This document shows, piece after piece, positions 1 to 13,989 of a stretch of 64,000 nt of DNA. The translations under genes were made by a program, and so were the position numbers. This DNA comes from Bigelowiella natans CCMP2755 (lineage: Eukaryota; Protista; Cercozoa): assembly GCA_000320545.1 (NCBI GenBank), contig ADNK01001329.1:37846-101845 (forward strand). Direction: 5' to 3'. Each line of letters begins with the position of its first letter. The first letter of the stretch is position 1. A model generated the notes under the pieces. It saw only the letters and a list, made by a program, of their open reading frames with translations. It was not told the origin of the DNA and made no database searches.

Positions 1-252
1 TCACAGAATCAATTGGCTTAGACCCTCCGACCAGCGCTTTGATCGGCTTTTGGTCATTGTGGATTATCTTCCAAATATGGATCCGGCCATCGGATGCTAA
101 AATGTAATTTGACAGGGTTCATCAATACAAACCAATAACGTATTTCGGAAATTAAACGGACCCCCTGTTGCATAAACGAGATTATCAATGCAAGCGCAGT
201 TGATTTTGGAGTTGTGCGCAAAGAACTCTGCATGTTTGTCGACGCGAGACAT
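1..252 (-). CDS. KATNB1: Katanin p80 WD40 subunit-like protein, 5' part (runs off the window start)
   Basis: Exon 252-162, GT-AG intron 161-97 and exon 96-1 splice to MSRVDKHAEFFAHNSKINCACIDNLVYATGASDGRIHIWKIIHNDQKPIKALVGGSKPIDSV. This is a WD40 start resembling the katanin p80 N-terminus (E.AH..V.....L.TG.DD.RV.LW.....I..L.GH..P.ESV). Confidence 0.65.
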
Positions 253-689
253 TGCCACTTCACTCTTTGCCCTCCTGTGTAATCAAATAGTATCTTGAGT
301 CACAGAGAAGATCAAGTGAGCATAAATAGAAACTAGTGTTCCTTAGATCAGATATATGTACTTGCTGATGACTGAGAGTTCAGGCGTTCTTTGGACTCAG
401 AAATAGATTACGAAATTCAAATCCGAGTTCTTGGATGGGGAGGCACAAGAAGTTGTTTTAAGGAGCAGCCACCACCTAAGCCATTGGGCAGGATATGGGG
501 TGTGGAACGGTTAACTGCGAGGTACAAACTAAGTTATCAGCAGTGCTTGCTGGAGGACAAAATAGCATCCTTTTTTACCCTACGTCTTCCATGAATCCCA
601 TCACATAATTAATTCCGCCGGGAGTTGTCCTTTGATTAAAAAAAATAAATGCGCGGGAACTTTCTCTGGAAGCTGTAAATCAGCCAACA

Positions 690-2470
690 AACCAAACATG
701 TCTGTGACATCACGGACCAAAACTTGATCAAACAACAACAAGAACAACAGTTCCTTCTTAGCAGACCACACTCAGTTTTCAGCTCGAGGCACCACGTTTC
801 GTGCTTTGCAAGTGTGTCATGCACTTTGGCAATGCAGTTGATCACAAAGTTTCTTTCTTTCTCTCTTTCAGCAGTGCCAGTGGCACACTTCACTCACTCA
901 TTCATTCACTCATTCGTTCATTCATTCAGCTCGTTGGAGTGTCGATCATGCACGAACACGATTCTTGAAGGAAGTTTGTTGGGCGCACGTGTGTGACACT
1001 CAGCGTGCGCACCTTGCACGCCACAAGTCTTGAGGTCTTTTCCCGTCGCAGACTTTGTTGATTGTGCGTTGGAACACTCAACGTTGTGGAGGGCAGACAA
1101 GTTGGCAGGTGGTCCTTTCAACTGCAACGCAAAACCACTTCGTTCGCTCGTGAACTCGTGAACGAACGTGGGGTTCGTTCACGTGAAAGTGGCAATTCCT
1201 TTCACTCGTGCAACAGGCGCCAGTCTCAGTGCGATCCTGATTCGATTCGTCCGCCGGGTCCTCTTTGGAGCCGTTGACCATGGCCTTTGACGCAAAGGTC
1301 GTCACTTTTTCGGTTTGGTTCGCTGGTTCGCCCTTTTGAGAGTGCTGAAGTCATCGCACTCAGCGATGCAGACTAGCAGAAGCCAGAAGCCGTGCAACCT
1401 AGCTTCAAACAATTCTTTCTTTCTTTTTTTCTTTCTTCCTTTCTTCCAAGGTGAGTCTTTGTTCTTCTTCTTCAACTGCGCTGCTAGACTGGCCAGTCCA
1501 GCAGTGCACCATTGCGAATTGCTTCGTTCACTCGTTCGTGGGAAACCAGACCAGTGAAAACAAGCTGGCAGGCCAACAGTGAGGACGTCACAGGTCACAT
1601 GCACGAACGGCATCACAACGGTGATGGCGTTGCAAGGCCATGAGAGTGCGGCTCATTGCACACGACCCCAAGACCGACTGGACAACCCCAGAACCGTTCA
1701 CATTCAACTTGTCTGCCAGACTGGTCCAGCACAGTGGCTGCCGGAACAACGTTCTCGCACGGTTGCACAGCGGCGTCACGGCGAACTTCAAAGCGCTTTG
1801 GTGCATTTGCAAGCCAACGTGCTGGCGTGCGACGACTCTCAGAACTGGCCGACCATGCGACTGTCTGACGACCGCGCTCATCGCTGAACAGTGCTGGAGT
1901 GCGCATGGCGGTGTCCGCAAGCTAGCAAGAGTTGAGAGAAGCCGCGTGTGCTTTGCTTTTCCAAGTTTTTCCTGCCAAAGCTAAGGGGAACAAGTTTGTG
2001 TTGCACGACCTGCCCAGCTGCTAGCTAGTCGTGGAGCGAGTGCAGGTGCGCACCAGTGCGTGCACGACAGTGCCGCATGGTTTTGCTTTGGTGCTGCTGG
2101 GCGCATGCATGTGTGCGCTCTGCGAGTGGCGCGGTGCGATGCGCAACAGATGTGATGCGGTGATGCATGACGTGATGACAGCTAGCGCAGATGGAGCGAC
2201 TACAGGCGGGCTTGCTGTACTGATCGATGTGCGCAATCTGCACGATGCGACCAGCGCATGCCAATGTACCAACATTGCGCAGCGCTAGAGCGCACAGACG
2301 CGCATGTCGTGTTCATCCTGTGAGTGCATCGTGTGCCAAAAACTTGGCTGTTCAGTGTCAGAACATGAAAGTGTGCATCCACGAGATGCAGGCTCGCGGA
2401 GCCAGGGCGCGGAATGCCATGCTAGGACACAACGTGTGGTGAATCTTAGCTCTAGCTAGTTGTGCAACAT
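690..2470. pseudogene. TpA-erased degenerate sequence (dead gene or transposon relic) plus CTAG-rich spacer
   Basis: 761-1981 contains only 4 TA dinucleotides, all in CTAG (1373, 1399, 1484, 1922). The sequence is complex rather than simple-repeat and gives His/Cys-rich, Tyr-free ORFs in all frames. I could not recognise the original identity. Confidence 0.4.
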
Positions 2471-2689
2471 GCAAGGGGTGTATCCATTTGTGATAAAAAT
2501 CCTCTCACATGTAAATGAAACATGACGATATAAACTGTATGTCCATAAATTCAATTTTTTAATGAGAATCCATTTAACTAACATCGGCCGCATATGTACA
2601 ATTGTCTACGCAGAATGCTGTTTGTTGCACTCAAATAATTGAGTATCGCATCTCATTCCTTAATTGCCCCCCATCTGATACACAATTAA

Positions 2690-3630
2690 TTATTGAGCCT
2701 TTGCTTTCTTTTCACTCATTTTACGAGAAAGAGAACGCCTTTTCTCCTTGTACGACAGACGACGTTCGCGTTCCTCCTTGAGACGCTGAGCTACAAGAGC
2801 ATTGTATTCCTTTGCTGCTGCTCTGGATTTTTCGTAACGTTGCCTCTTCTCAGCCTTCCACTTTAATTTACGCTGGATGCGATCAGGGGTGATAAGTCGC
2901 TGAATCTTTGGTGCCTTCGAGTAAGATTTTTTACCCTCCTTCTCGATAGCACGTCTAACAATCACGTCGCGTGGATCGTCGTTCTTGGTTAAGTTGAATA
3001 GTTTTCTGATGTTGTTTGCGCGCTTAGGCCCCAGGCGACGTGGCTTAGCCGACTTCTCATCCGTCAGACCTTCGACATCAGCCTCACCCTTCTTCACCAC
3101 AGAAAGGTTAAGTACTGAAAGATCGTGGGAAACAATGCATCCGCGGACGGACTTGCGCTTGCGTTCTCCCTGCTTGCGTGGTCGGTAGCACTTTGAACCT
3201 GATAATTTTGATGCATTTTAAATTACAGATGGCTTCATGAAAGTTTAAAGATCTTTAGGTTTAGTTCATGCTATGAACCTTTCTTGAGTAGGAGCCGGGT
3301 ACGGTTGCTGATGAGCACACCTTGCATCATAGGAAAGCCTTGCTTATCATTACCACCCGTGATCTTGAAAACATATCCCTTGAACTCTTCGCCGAGGACA
3401 TCTCCTTCAACCTCTTGCGAGATACGTTTATCCCAGAAAGCACGGCTGCAAGACACCATTCTTCAATAATGTGTTCAAGTATTTTAGAGTTAATAATTAA
3501 TTACAGCTTCTGCTCATCTTCGATCTCGATGGTCTTTTGGCACCCAGTACTGGGGCAGGCAATGTTGAGCTGATAATATTCATTTTCAGTATGGAATGGG
3601 AAAAGGGGGGGAGGGAGTGCTAACCTTCAT
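2690..3630 (-). CDS. RPS6: 40S ribosomal protein S6 (eS6), 4 exons
   Basis: Spliced MK|[22 protein letters not shown]|[44 protein letters not shown]...|...[27 protein letters not shown]...[18 protein letters not shown]..., the canonical eS6 motifs. Confidence 0.98.
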
Positions 3631-4533
3631 GCTGCGATTGCGCTGATCGGAGAATTGCTACCAGAAGACGGTGTAATTCAGAAAAAATAATTAAGCGCAT
3701 TGCACAAATATTCGTTTTAAGCCTTTAAGTAATTCATTTTCTAAATTTTTCACAAGAATTGTCATTTTTATATTACTTTTTTGGCATAAAGTAATACAAA
3801 TGTGCCTTAAAGTCATCAAGAATATGATATAATTCTTAAACATAAATCTGAACTAACATTTTAAGATAAAACTTCTCTACTTATGAGATCTAATATTCAA
3901 CTTTTTGCCTCTCTAAAGATTCAAATTAATTTAATTCTTTGAATACGACTAATTTTATTTCATATTTTCCCCATTAAAGTCATTTATTTTTTCTATTTTA
4001 TCACATATCATATCTGGAACAAGAAAGCCATTTCTCTAAGATGAGGAACGACATGCTTTTTAGTGTTGACGTTCTAGTAAAATATAGTATATTATGCATC
4101 CTTTAAGAGCCAAGATACATGCGTGCATGCATTTTCATCCTCAGAAAAATGATATTTCGAAGTCATAAGGGACTTTGCGTTTTAAAACGACATTTAATGT
4201 GCCATATTTGCACGAAAACAAGGGAATGTGCTTCTCATTTGTGAACAATATTGATGTATTTGGTCTTACATAGTCAACAGAGACAGATTTCCGGGCTTCA
4301 AATCTACTTTGCCCAGTTAGTACTGATAGCATCTTCATAAATTTTATACCACAACAAAAAAATGCATACTTAACATAAAATAATAGTATATTTTCTCAGT
4401 TATTTCTATATTTTTGCATTTTTAAAGTCTTAACAAACGATCCGACTCATCGAACTGCCAGCAGGTGGTGTCCTCATAATAGAATCAAGGGAAAGGATTA
4501 GAACCTACTCGGCCTATTCACCGACCTGCAAGT
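3631..4533. promoter_or_regulatory. AT-rich divergent promoter region between RPS6 and ARP3
   Basis: Head-to-head start codons at 3630 (-) and 4534 (+). The interval is strongly AT-rich and has no credible ORF. Confidence 0.6.
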
Positions 4534-6216
<1,683 letters not shown>

Positions 6217-6289
6217 AGATGAAACGGCATTGTCGTTAGACATTGATAACACTATGCGATATGAAGGCAAGATCATCATAATAAGCACT

Positions 6290-6965
6290 CTAGCACTCAT
6301 GAAAATACATGCACTGTCGATCAGGATGCATGTCGACGCCATGAAGCCATCATGCTCTCATTTATTTCATGCCATGGCACCCATGCATGTCTAGATGTAA
6401 TAGGCAGATTACGTTTGTGTAGACGTATCGCCTCTACATTGCAATGTGCTAGGCAAACACGCGTACTAGAGCCCTACTAGCCTAGATTACCTAATCATTA
6501 CGGTGGAGTAGCACAATGACTGCTAGCATGCCCTCAACTCGCATCGATCTTCCTCCATTTCTAGTTCTCTTAGCTCCCCTTCGCGTGGCTAAATAAACGT
6601 TATTGATTTTATTCCATGCTCATTTGCTAGGATGCTAGGATAGTGTGAGCAATCTAGCAATGTCAAACTCATTTGGGCGTACGCACTGCTACTAGGCTCG
6701 CAGGTCACTAGTGCAATCTAGCTAGCAGTGCACACGCATGCGGTGCACACTTGTGCGCAAACTGCTCATGCGTGCGCACCGTGCATGTGTCCAGTCATTG
6801 CACAGTTGTGCATGGTTGGCCTGGAGCCGTGGCATGGCATGCTAGCATGGCATGCAAAGACCATCCAATGCGATGCTGACATGTCAGATGTCACTGTGCA
6901 CGTAGTGATTTTATTTCATTCCTGAATAGTAAGTTTATGTTTTTAATTGCATTTATGGCATGCGC
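6290..6965. other. Convergent spacer (ARP3/GINS2), CTAG/TGCA/CATG-rich with TpA-poor core
   Basis: More than 10 CTAG sites. The core at about 6720-6900 has TA only within CTAG. Confidence 0.75.
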
Positions 6966-6967
6966 GC

Positions 6968-7899
6968 CTAATCGTCATATTGAGAAGAGGCTTGAGTTTG
7001 TGATTGAGATTGTGACGCCTCATAAGTTGCCATTTGTTGAGATGGTTCGTAATTAGTCGCTTGAGAAATGGACTTAAACGCGCTGAGAGTTTTAACTGAA
7101 AATCCTCTCATGCTGTATAATTCCATAGCGGCGACGTTGTTGAGCTATGAGCATAAATATCAGTCAATGAACGATGAGGAATTTATATTGACATTTTACT
7201 CTGTGAGTCATTTTCATTTTTACTTTTATGAAGTCGATTTTCCCTTTGATAGTTCGCAAGCCTTGCTTTATTTTCGAAGAACGCAAATCGGAAATATTTT
7301 TCAAAGTTGTCTTGACTTTTCGTGAGTCCTTCATATCAGACTGTGCTCTGCAATTAATTATTTCGAATTTGAACAATGCATGAAATGTATACAAGATGAT
7401 AATGCGAATATCCATCATACGTTTTCAATAGCAAGGAAGCAATCTCCTCGTAGTGGTAAGGCAGTTCTGTGAAGTTTTCCTCTTGCTCGCGTTCTTCATT
7501 TTCCTTCGCTTGAAGATTGTCTGAAAGAAAGAAACTCTTCATCTACGAGATTTTTTTAGAAGCAATAAAATCCTACCCAAATCCATCCACTCTGGAGGCA
7601 TGATTCCACATTTTCCCTCTTTTCTGAGCTGGAGCGCTAGCCATAGCGGTACCATTACAGGTTGCTGTGGTTGAAAGGGTCCTATTTTACCCTGATAAAT
7701 ATCCGAGGAATGTCAACGTTAAGTCGAGCTGAGAGTCAACAGCGAATCTCCATCTCCCTCCCCGCCTGGCGAAAACCTCCCTCTCTGCATTAGTTACCGC
7801 GATCAAACTTATTTCCGGCATCCTGAAGTTCGGTAGAATGGTAATGAGAGTGTCCTTTGCGACAAATTCGAGCTCTCGAACTGTTAGCCCCTGGCTCAT
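6968..7899 (-). CDS. GINS2: GINS complex subunit Psf2
   Basis: Exons read MSQGLTVRELEFVAKDTLITILPNFRMPEISLIA / GPFQPQQPVMVPLWLALQLRKEGKCGIMPPEWMD / FTELPYHYEEIASLLL / LKNISDLRSSKIKQGL / LNNVAAMELYSMRGF. PLWLA and PPEW are Psf2 signatures. Confidence 0.93.
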
Positions 7900-8388
7900 C
7901 TTTTGGGAGGCGGTTTCCGTTCTCTCCCCTCCTCCTACTTCTTGGGTAAAAAAAAGGCGGGAAGCTGTGCAGGAAATGACGCCACGGTCGTTCATAGTAT
8001 TATCATGATCATTTTTTATGTCGTCCTTCTGATTTTTCCTCCAATTTCATTTATTTACTTCATTTTGCATCTAGGATAAACTCTACCCGGAAACTACCTA
8101 AGCACGAATCAGATATTCCCACCTCCGGCGGTACCCCTTCCCTCCTCCTCTCCCATCCTCCACAAGCTTGGTGCGTTCGTTGGCGATATCAACGTGCGCA
8201 TAAGTTCTATAGCTAGCTGTTGTGCGGATACAAGGTACGGTGACGGTGACGAGGACGCGAACGACTCGCTGACGAGGAACTAGCTGACGAGGACGATAAC
8301 GAGCGGGCGACGCTCAGCTTCGTACATTCATCAGTGGTCGAGCCTCAGCCCGGACTGGTATCACTAGAGTTCAGCACAACCTTTTACG

Positions 8389-9617
8389 ATGCGTGATATC
8401 TTTGCATGCCTATATTGCTTCGGACAGGCGACGTTCGTTCATCTACGGATAGTCAATCACCCGCTGGAAAAGAAATTAGGGCTGTTCAAGACAAGGCGTC
8501 AATCAATACCCGTGTGCCCAGCCAGCTCGGAATCGCTGCTGTTAACTTATTGAGAATACGTACAATGAATAGACCTTTGATCACGCGCAGAGATAGCCTT
8601 CTCGGCGACCTCTCTGCAGGACACACCGGATACGAGTAATCCCTTCTCATTGTAGGGCAGCATATGTTATGTCAAGACAATTATTCGAAGCATAGGAGTC
8701 CTTGATTTTCTATTAATATTGAGGTTGGTGCTGATGCCACTACTAACTTGAACTTTCACAGGTACTTATCTGAGGAGAGGAGCATACCCAAAGAAGCTGA
8801 AGATGCGAAGAAAATCCTACAAGATCTGGTCACCCTATTTTTCTTCCAAGTCGTATTGTTAGCGTCTCCCGTGCTGTCGATTAACACCTTAATTCTTATC
8901 GAATGGTAGATCTTGCAAGAAATAAAGATCTGCAACCGGCTAACGGTAGAACACATTACCAAGCAATACAACAAAACATCTAATTTGCCACTGGTTAATG
9001 TGGTAGGAGTATCTTGAATTTTGGCAGACGCAGGTATTATCTATTATATCCAACACCCCTTGTTCCAAAGAATAGAGATGGAAGGGGAGGGGGGGAGCAA
9101 CAGCCGATGTGCCATCGCTCGATAAACTTCACAAAATTCAAAATTCAGATGCGGCGCAGTCCATGGTTAGTAAGGCTTGAGTTCATGTCGCCATGGAACC
9201 CTGATGGAGTCGAACCGGAAGAATTAAAACAAAAGTAATTCTATACTGTGTGTATGTGTTTTTTTTAATTACAACCAATTCTGAATCATCAAATCCTCCC
9301 ACTCTTTGCAGTGCCCGGACTTGCGCAACATCGTTGATGTCTCGGCTTACGAGGCTTGGGGGAGATCTTCACGAGCACAATCTAATGGCTGGGTAGTAGT
9401 AGTAGTAGTAGTGGTGGTGGTGGTGGTGGTAATCGTAGTAGCTGAAGTAGTAGTAGCAGTGTGAAGAAAAAAGGAAATACGACTTTGTAAATTTTGGTGC
9501 ATAATAATGTATCAATGTGACGGTGTATAATAATGCATCAATGTGATGTTGTTCAGACGCATCGATTCTAAGGCGGCGGGGGTATGGAGTCGACGCGCAT
9601 GGACCTTAATTCATAGG

Positions 9618-9648
<31 letters not shown>

Positions 9649-9776
9649 AACTATTGTGCATGGACAGCAGCAGATATCGTTGTTTGGGTTATCTATCTAT
9701 CTATCTATCTTCTTATCACCGATTAATAACAGAAATTGAGTCATGGAGGGTAGAATGGAAGATGCGACAGGGAGAG

Positions 9777-9828
<52 letters not shown>

Positions 9829-10518
9829 TCCGATTTGCAATGTTTTGATTTGTTGCTGTTGAAAGTGTCTGGATAGCCCCATTCGCACCAGCCCGAAAAA
9901 AATGGATAGCCCTGCCGCAATTCAAAAACGTAAAACTAAAGCATGAGAAAGGGGAGGAGGAGGAGGAGGAGGGGAGGGGAATACTTCCAAGCTTCGTTTT
10001 TTGTTAGCGCAGAACAAATAGAGGATGCACGTTAACAGCCAGCTCTGCTGACTTTCAAGCACACTAAATATGATTACTACTACTACTACTACTACTTCTT
10101 GCTGTTGCTACACGATTAGGGTTAACCGTTCGAGGTGTAGAAGCTCAGCTAACAGAAAGGTGGCCTCTCTGCTGTCCTCCTCCTCCCCCTCTCCTTCCTT
10201 CTCCTACTCCTCTTCCTCTTATTTCGCAGCATCTCATCAGTGGAGGGCTTCATGTTTGTCGTTTATATTGTATTTCTTCATCATCACAAGCCGTGTTACA
10301 GCACGACTCATTGCTATTATTCGGCGTCCTTTTTCATTCTCCTAACCTTCTAAAACATCAGGATAGAGGAGATGCACATGCAGATTGGTAGTAGTAGTAG
10401 TGGTAGTGGTAGCAGTAGTAGCAGCAGCGGAAGTAATCACATGTATGATTTCGTTTTAATATGTGTGCTCATAGAGGAGTGCAGATGTACGTAATCGATA
10501 GTTCCAGATGTAAACGTT

Positions 10519-10549
<31 letters not shown>

Positions 10550-10877
10550 TTTATACTTTCGTTCATTATAATTTGACGTTGTTAATTGGGTACTTGTTGT
10601 CGAATTCATCATAAAATGCTTATTATCAGGGCATGCTGTGCCGCCATTTTGGTGGAGATGGGGCATACGAAAGTAGTGGCAGTAGTAGTAGCAGCAGCAG
10701 CAGCAGCAGCAAAGTGCTCATCACCGTTACCTATGCGATTATCATAGTTACTATTATTATTATCATCATCATTATCATCATCATCATTACACAATTAGAG
10801 AATATATATGGAGAGAGAGGTAGAGAGAAGGGAGGTGATAAGATCCTAGATTAAGTAGAAGTAAATGTCTCTCTCCC

Positions 10878-10948
<71 letters not shown>

Positions 10949-11341
10949 TGTGTTTGTGTTGGCTACTTACTTGTGATTAAGATAGAATGAACTCACCTCA
11001 GCATCAACGCAAATTAGGTGGATGCTATTCCCATATAATACGATCTCTGTTCCACTAGTACTCGGCACTGGGGTTAGTAGTTTCACGTATAAATTAAGAT
11101 GTGATGATGAAGGCTGTGATGATGATGATAATGATGATGATGATGATGGAGGCTGTGGGTGATGTGACAGATATCTAACCTTCCATGTAGATTGTTCTGA
11201 GTTCATCGTCGCCCCCCTTGGCCAATCATCATATTTGTTGGAAGAAACATCACTGCGAGACTACTAACACCTATTTTTCAAACATATTTCAGTAACCATC
11301 ATTCCTTCCCCTTCGATTGTGTATATCTGATAATTCGTTGT

Positions 11342-11387
<46 letters not shown>

Positions 11388-12979
11388 TACTACTCGCAGG
11401 TCTACGTAGTGACGAATTATGCTGGAATAATCCAAGGCTGCACGACATTCCTGCAAAGTAAAAAGGATGCATACTACTGTGCGTGTGCGTGTGCGTGTGA
11501 GTGTGCGTGTGAGTGTGAGTGGGGGGGGGAGGGGTGAAGAGTATTTCGTGTATCTAAACGCCACATGCAGTGTGGTGTGTGGGTTGTGTGCGCAGCCTGG
11601 TGGCATGTCAGTACCAAGTTGCTGCTGTACTTCATCCAATGTTTTAATGATATGCAGAGTGGTAATGATTATTATGATTATTGTTATTACTTTATCCATG
11701 CAGGTTTACGGGATTTCTTTCGCACGCATATCTATGAACCTTGCGAGGTGTTCCTGGCAGCTTGCACCCCACCCAACCCCCTCCCTTATGATAGTAGCCC
11801 GACTCTTTTCATCATCCATCTCCAATGCATACTAGTACATGTCGTGACCTATAGCGAGTAGCGAAGTAGATTTAACATTTTGAAGTAGTAGAAAGAAGAA
11901 GAAGACTTTTTTTTTAACTTTCTCACTGTTCTCAGGCTATTTGTGGCGAGATATTCTTCCGACATAACGAGTAGTCTTCACTACAAACGCAATCGCACAT
12001 TTCCATGCCCAAGCGTTCAGTGCATGGAATGCTACATTTTCCCATAGATGCGTAAATAATTTGTTTCTATTCTGGTTGATGCTGCTGCTGCTTTGTCGTT
12101 TCTCGTTGTTCAAGAAACATCGATATTCAAACGTGCTACTGTTGTGGGAAATTGGCGACGATGATTAATTCTAATACAGCCTCTTCATCACAACAACTTC
12201 GTTCTCTGATTATTCTGTTCTCGAATCCGCATTATTATTATTCTCGCAATAGACAAGTCATGGACAGGGAAGCTTTGAAGATGGTTGGTGATGCTATTGC
12301 AGTGTTACAGATCGTCGTGCATGTTAATAATACGCAAGTGGGAGATACTACTACAGCACAAACACGCAGTGGTAGGTCGTTACTTACATAAATTACTGGT
12401 GTGTGTGTTCAGTCAAGGGAGAGCCTTCAGAAGATGCTCAAATCGTACTTTGATGAGAAGTAAGTGTTAATATGGTGGCAGAAGAAGAAGAATCATCATA
12501 GTAATAATAATAAGAAGAAGAAGAAAAAGAAGAGAGGCTGGCCAGTGCCACTTCCAAGTAGGGGACACACACGCTTTGTTCTCCATAGATCATGTACAAA
12601 AATGGTGGTAGAGGGGAGGAGATTGTTATTCCCTGCTGCTGGTGGTGGTGGTGGTGTGTCATGAGTGAGTGTGTTTGTTAGTGGTGTATACTTTCTATAC
12701 TTTGTAGAGTGTGTTTCTCCTCTTGTTAGAAGATATATCATCCATCATCCCCCAGGTTTTTCATCATCGAGTTGATTGTGTTTTTTTCCTTCTTCTTGTT
12801 AACATCGCTAGATTTCCCAGCCTTCCTGAAGATGAGCGCGTCAATATGGCTAAGAACATGGACATGAAAGCTGTTAGCGAAGAGTCAGTCGTGTGAAAGA
12901 AGTTGTAGTAGTAGTAGTAGAAGCAGTAAGAATAATAATAACATTGGTTCGTTTATTGTGGCATAATCCTCACCGTATT

Positions 12980-13015
<36 letters not shown>

Positions 13016-13190
13016 GGTTCTCTATCTGCCGCTACCACCTGATGATAATGCTAGTGCTACTGCTGCAGATGAAAAAAGTCACAATCTTGTGCATGTTAGT
13101 ACCAAAACAGCGTTTGTATCATCTACAGAGATGGCCGCTTTCTTGACTTTGGTTCCGTTGTCGCAATTCTCACAGTCCCTGTCTCCACCA

Positions 13191-13232
<42 letters not shown>

Positions 13233-13701
13233 CCTCCCCACCTATACCTTGGTTATTTATAGATACGCTCAGCTTGTTAACTACGCAGTGACGAATACGA
13301 TCAGGGTTACCAAACACCTGTAGTAGTATTATTAGTAGTAGTAGTAGTAGTAGTAGTGATAGTAGTAGTCGTAGTAGTAGTAGTGTACGTCAAAAGTGTT
13401 TGTTTGTGTACTGTGTGAAGCAGTTGTGCTTTGATGTTGAGTTGCTTCACAGTTATCTCCGTTGTTTTCTTTCATATCTTCTTCTTCTTCTTCTTCTTCT
13501 TCTTCCACCACTCACTCTCACCTGTAGGAGGTCCATGCTACTTTAGTTGCGTGTTGCTTTAGAACAGCCGGTCATCGGATATGAACTCTTACCTATTTGT
13601 TTGGCACAGGGGGATATTCCACGATTAGCGCTAATTCGTATGCAGTTCGTTGAGAAAGAGATGCTGGGACTGATGGACTCGGTAAAAACAACGATGAAAA
13701 C

Positions 13702-13736
<35 letters not shown>

Positions 13737-13889
13737 CGCATCTACGAAGGAGTGCGTCGTGAGGTGATGATAACTACTGCACGTCTCAGTATGATACGGT
13801 TGATTATTAGGTGGATCTCCTGTTAGATAAGAACGAAGTTAACATGCAATTCACGGCTACAGTGCCGGTTAGTGAGTAGCAGTAGTGGT

Positions 13890-13922
<33 letters not shown>

Positions 13923-13945
13923 TCTTCCCCCCTTCCCCCCCCCCC

Positions 13946-13989
<44 letters not shown>

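Noticed and set aside
636-2442. About 20 overlapping ORFs on both strands
   Set aside because: TA loss removes TAA and TAG stops in all frames, so ORFs arise artefactually. The same applies at 15.6-16.7, 55.5-56.0 and 61.6-62.5 kb.
8269-8300. CTGACGAG resembling a hammerhead ribozyme core
   Set aside because: No downstream GAAA or supporting stems are visible.
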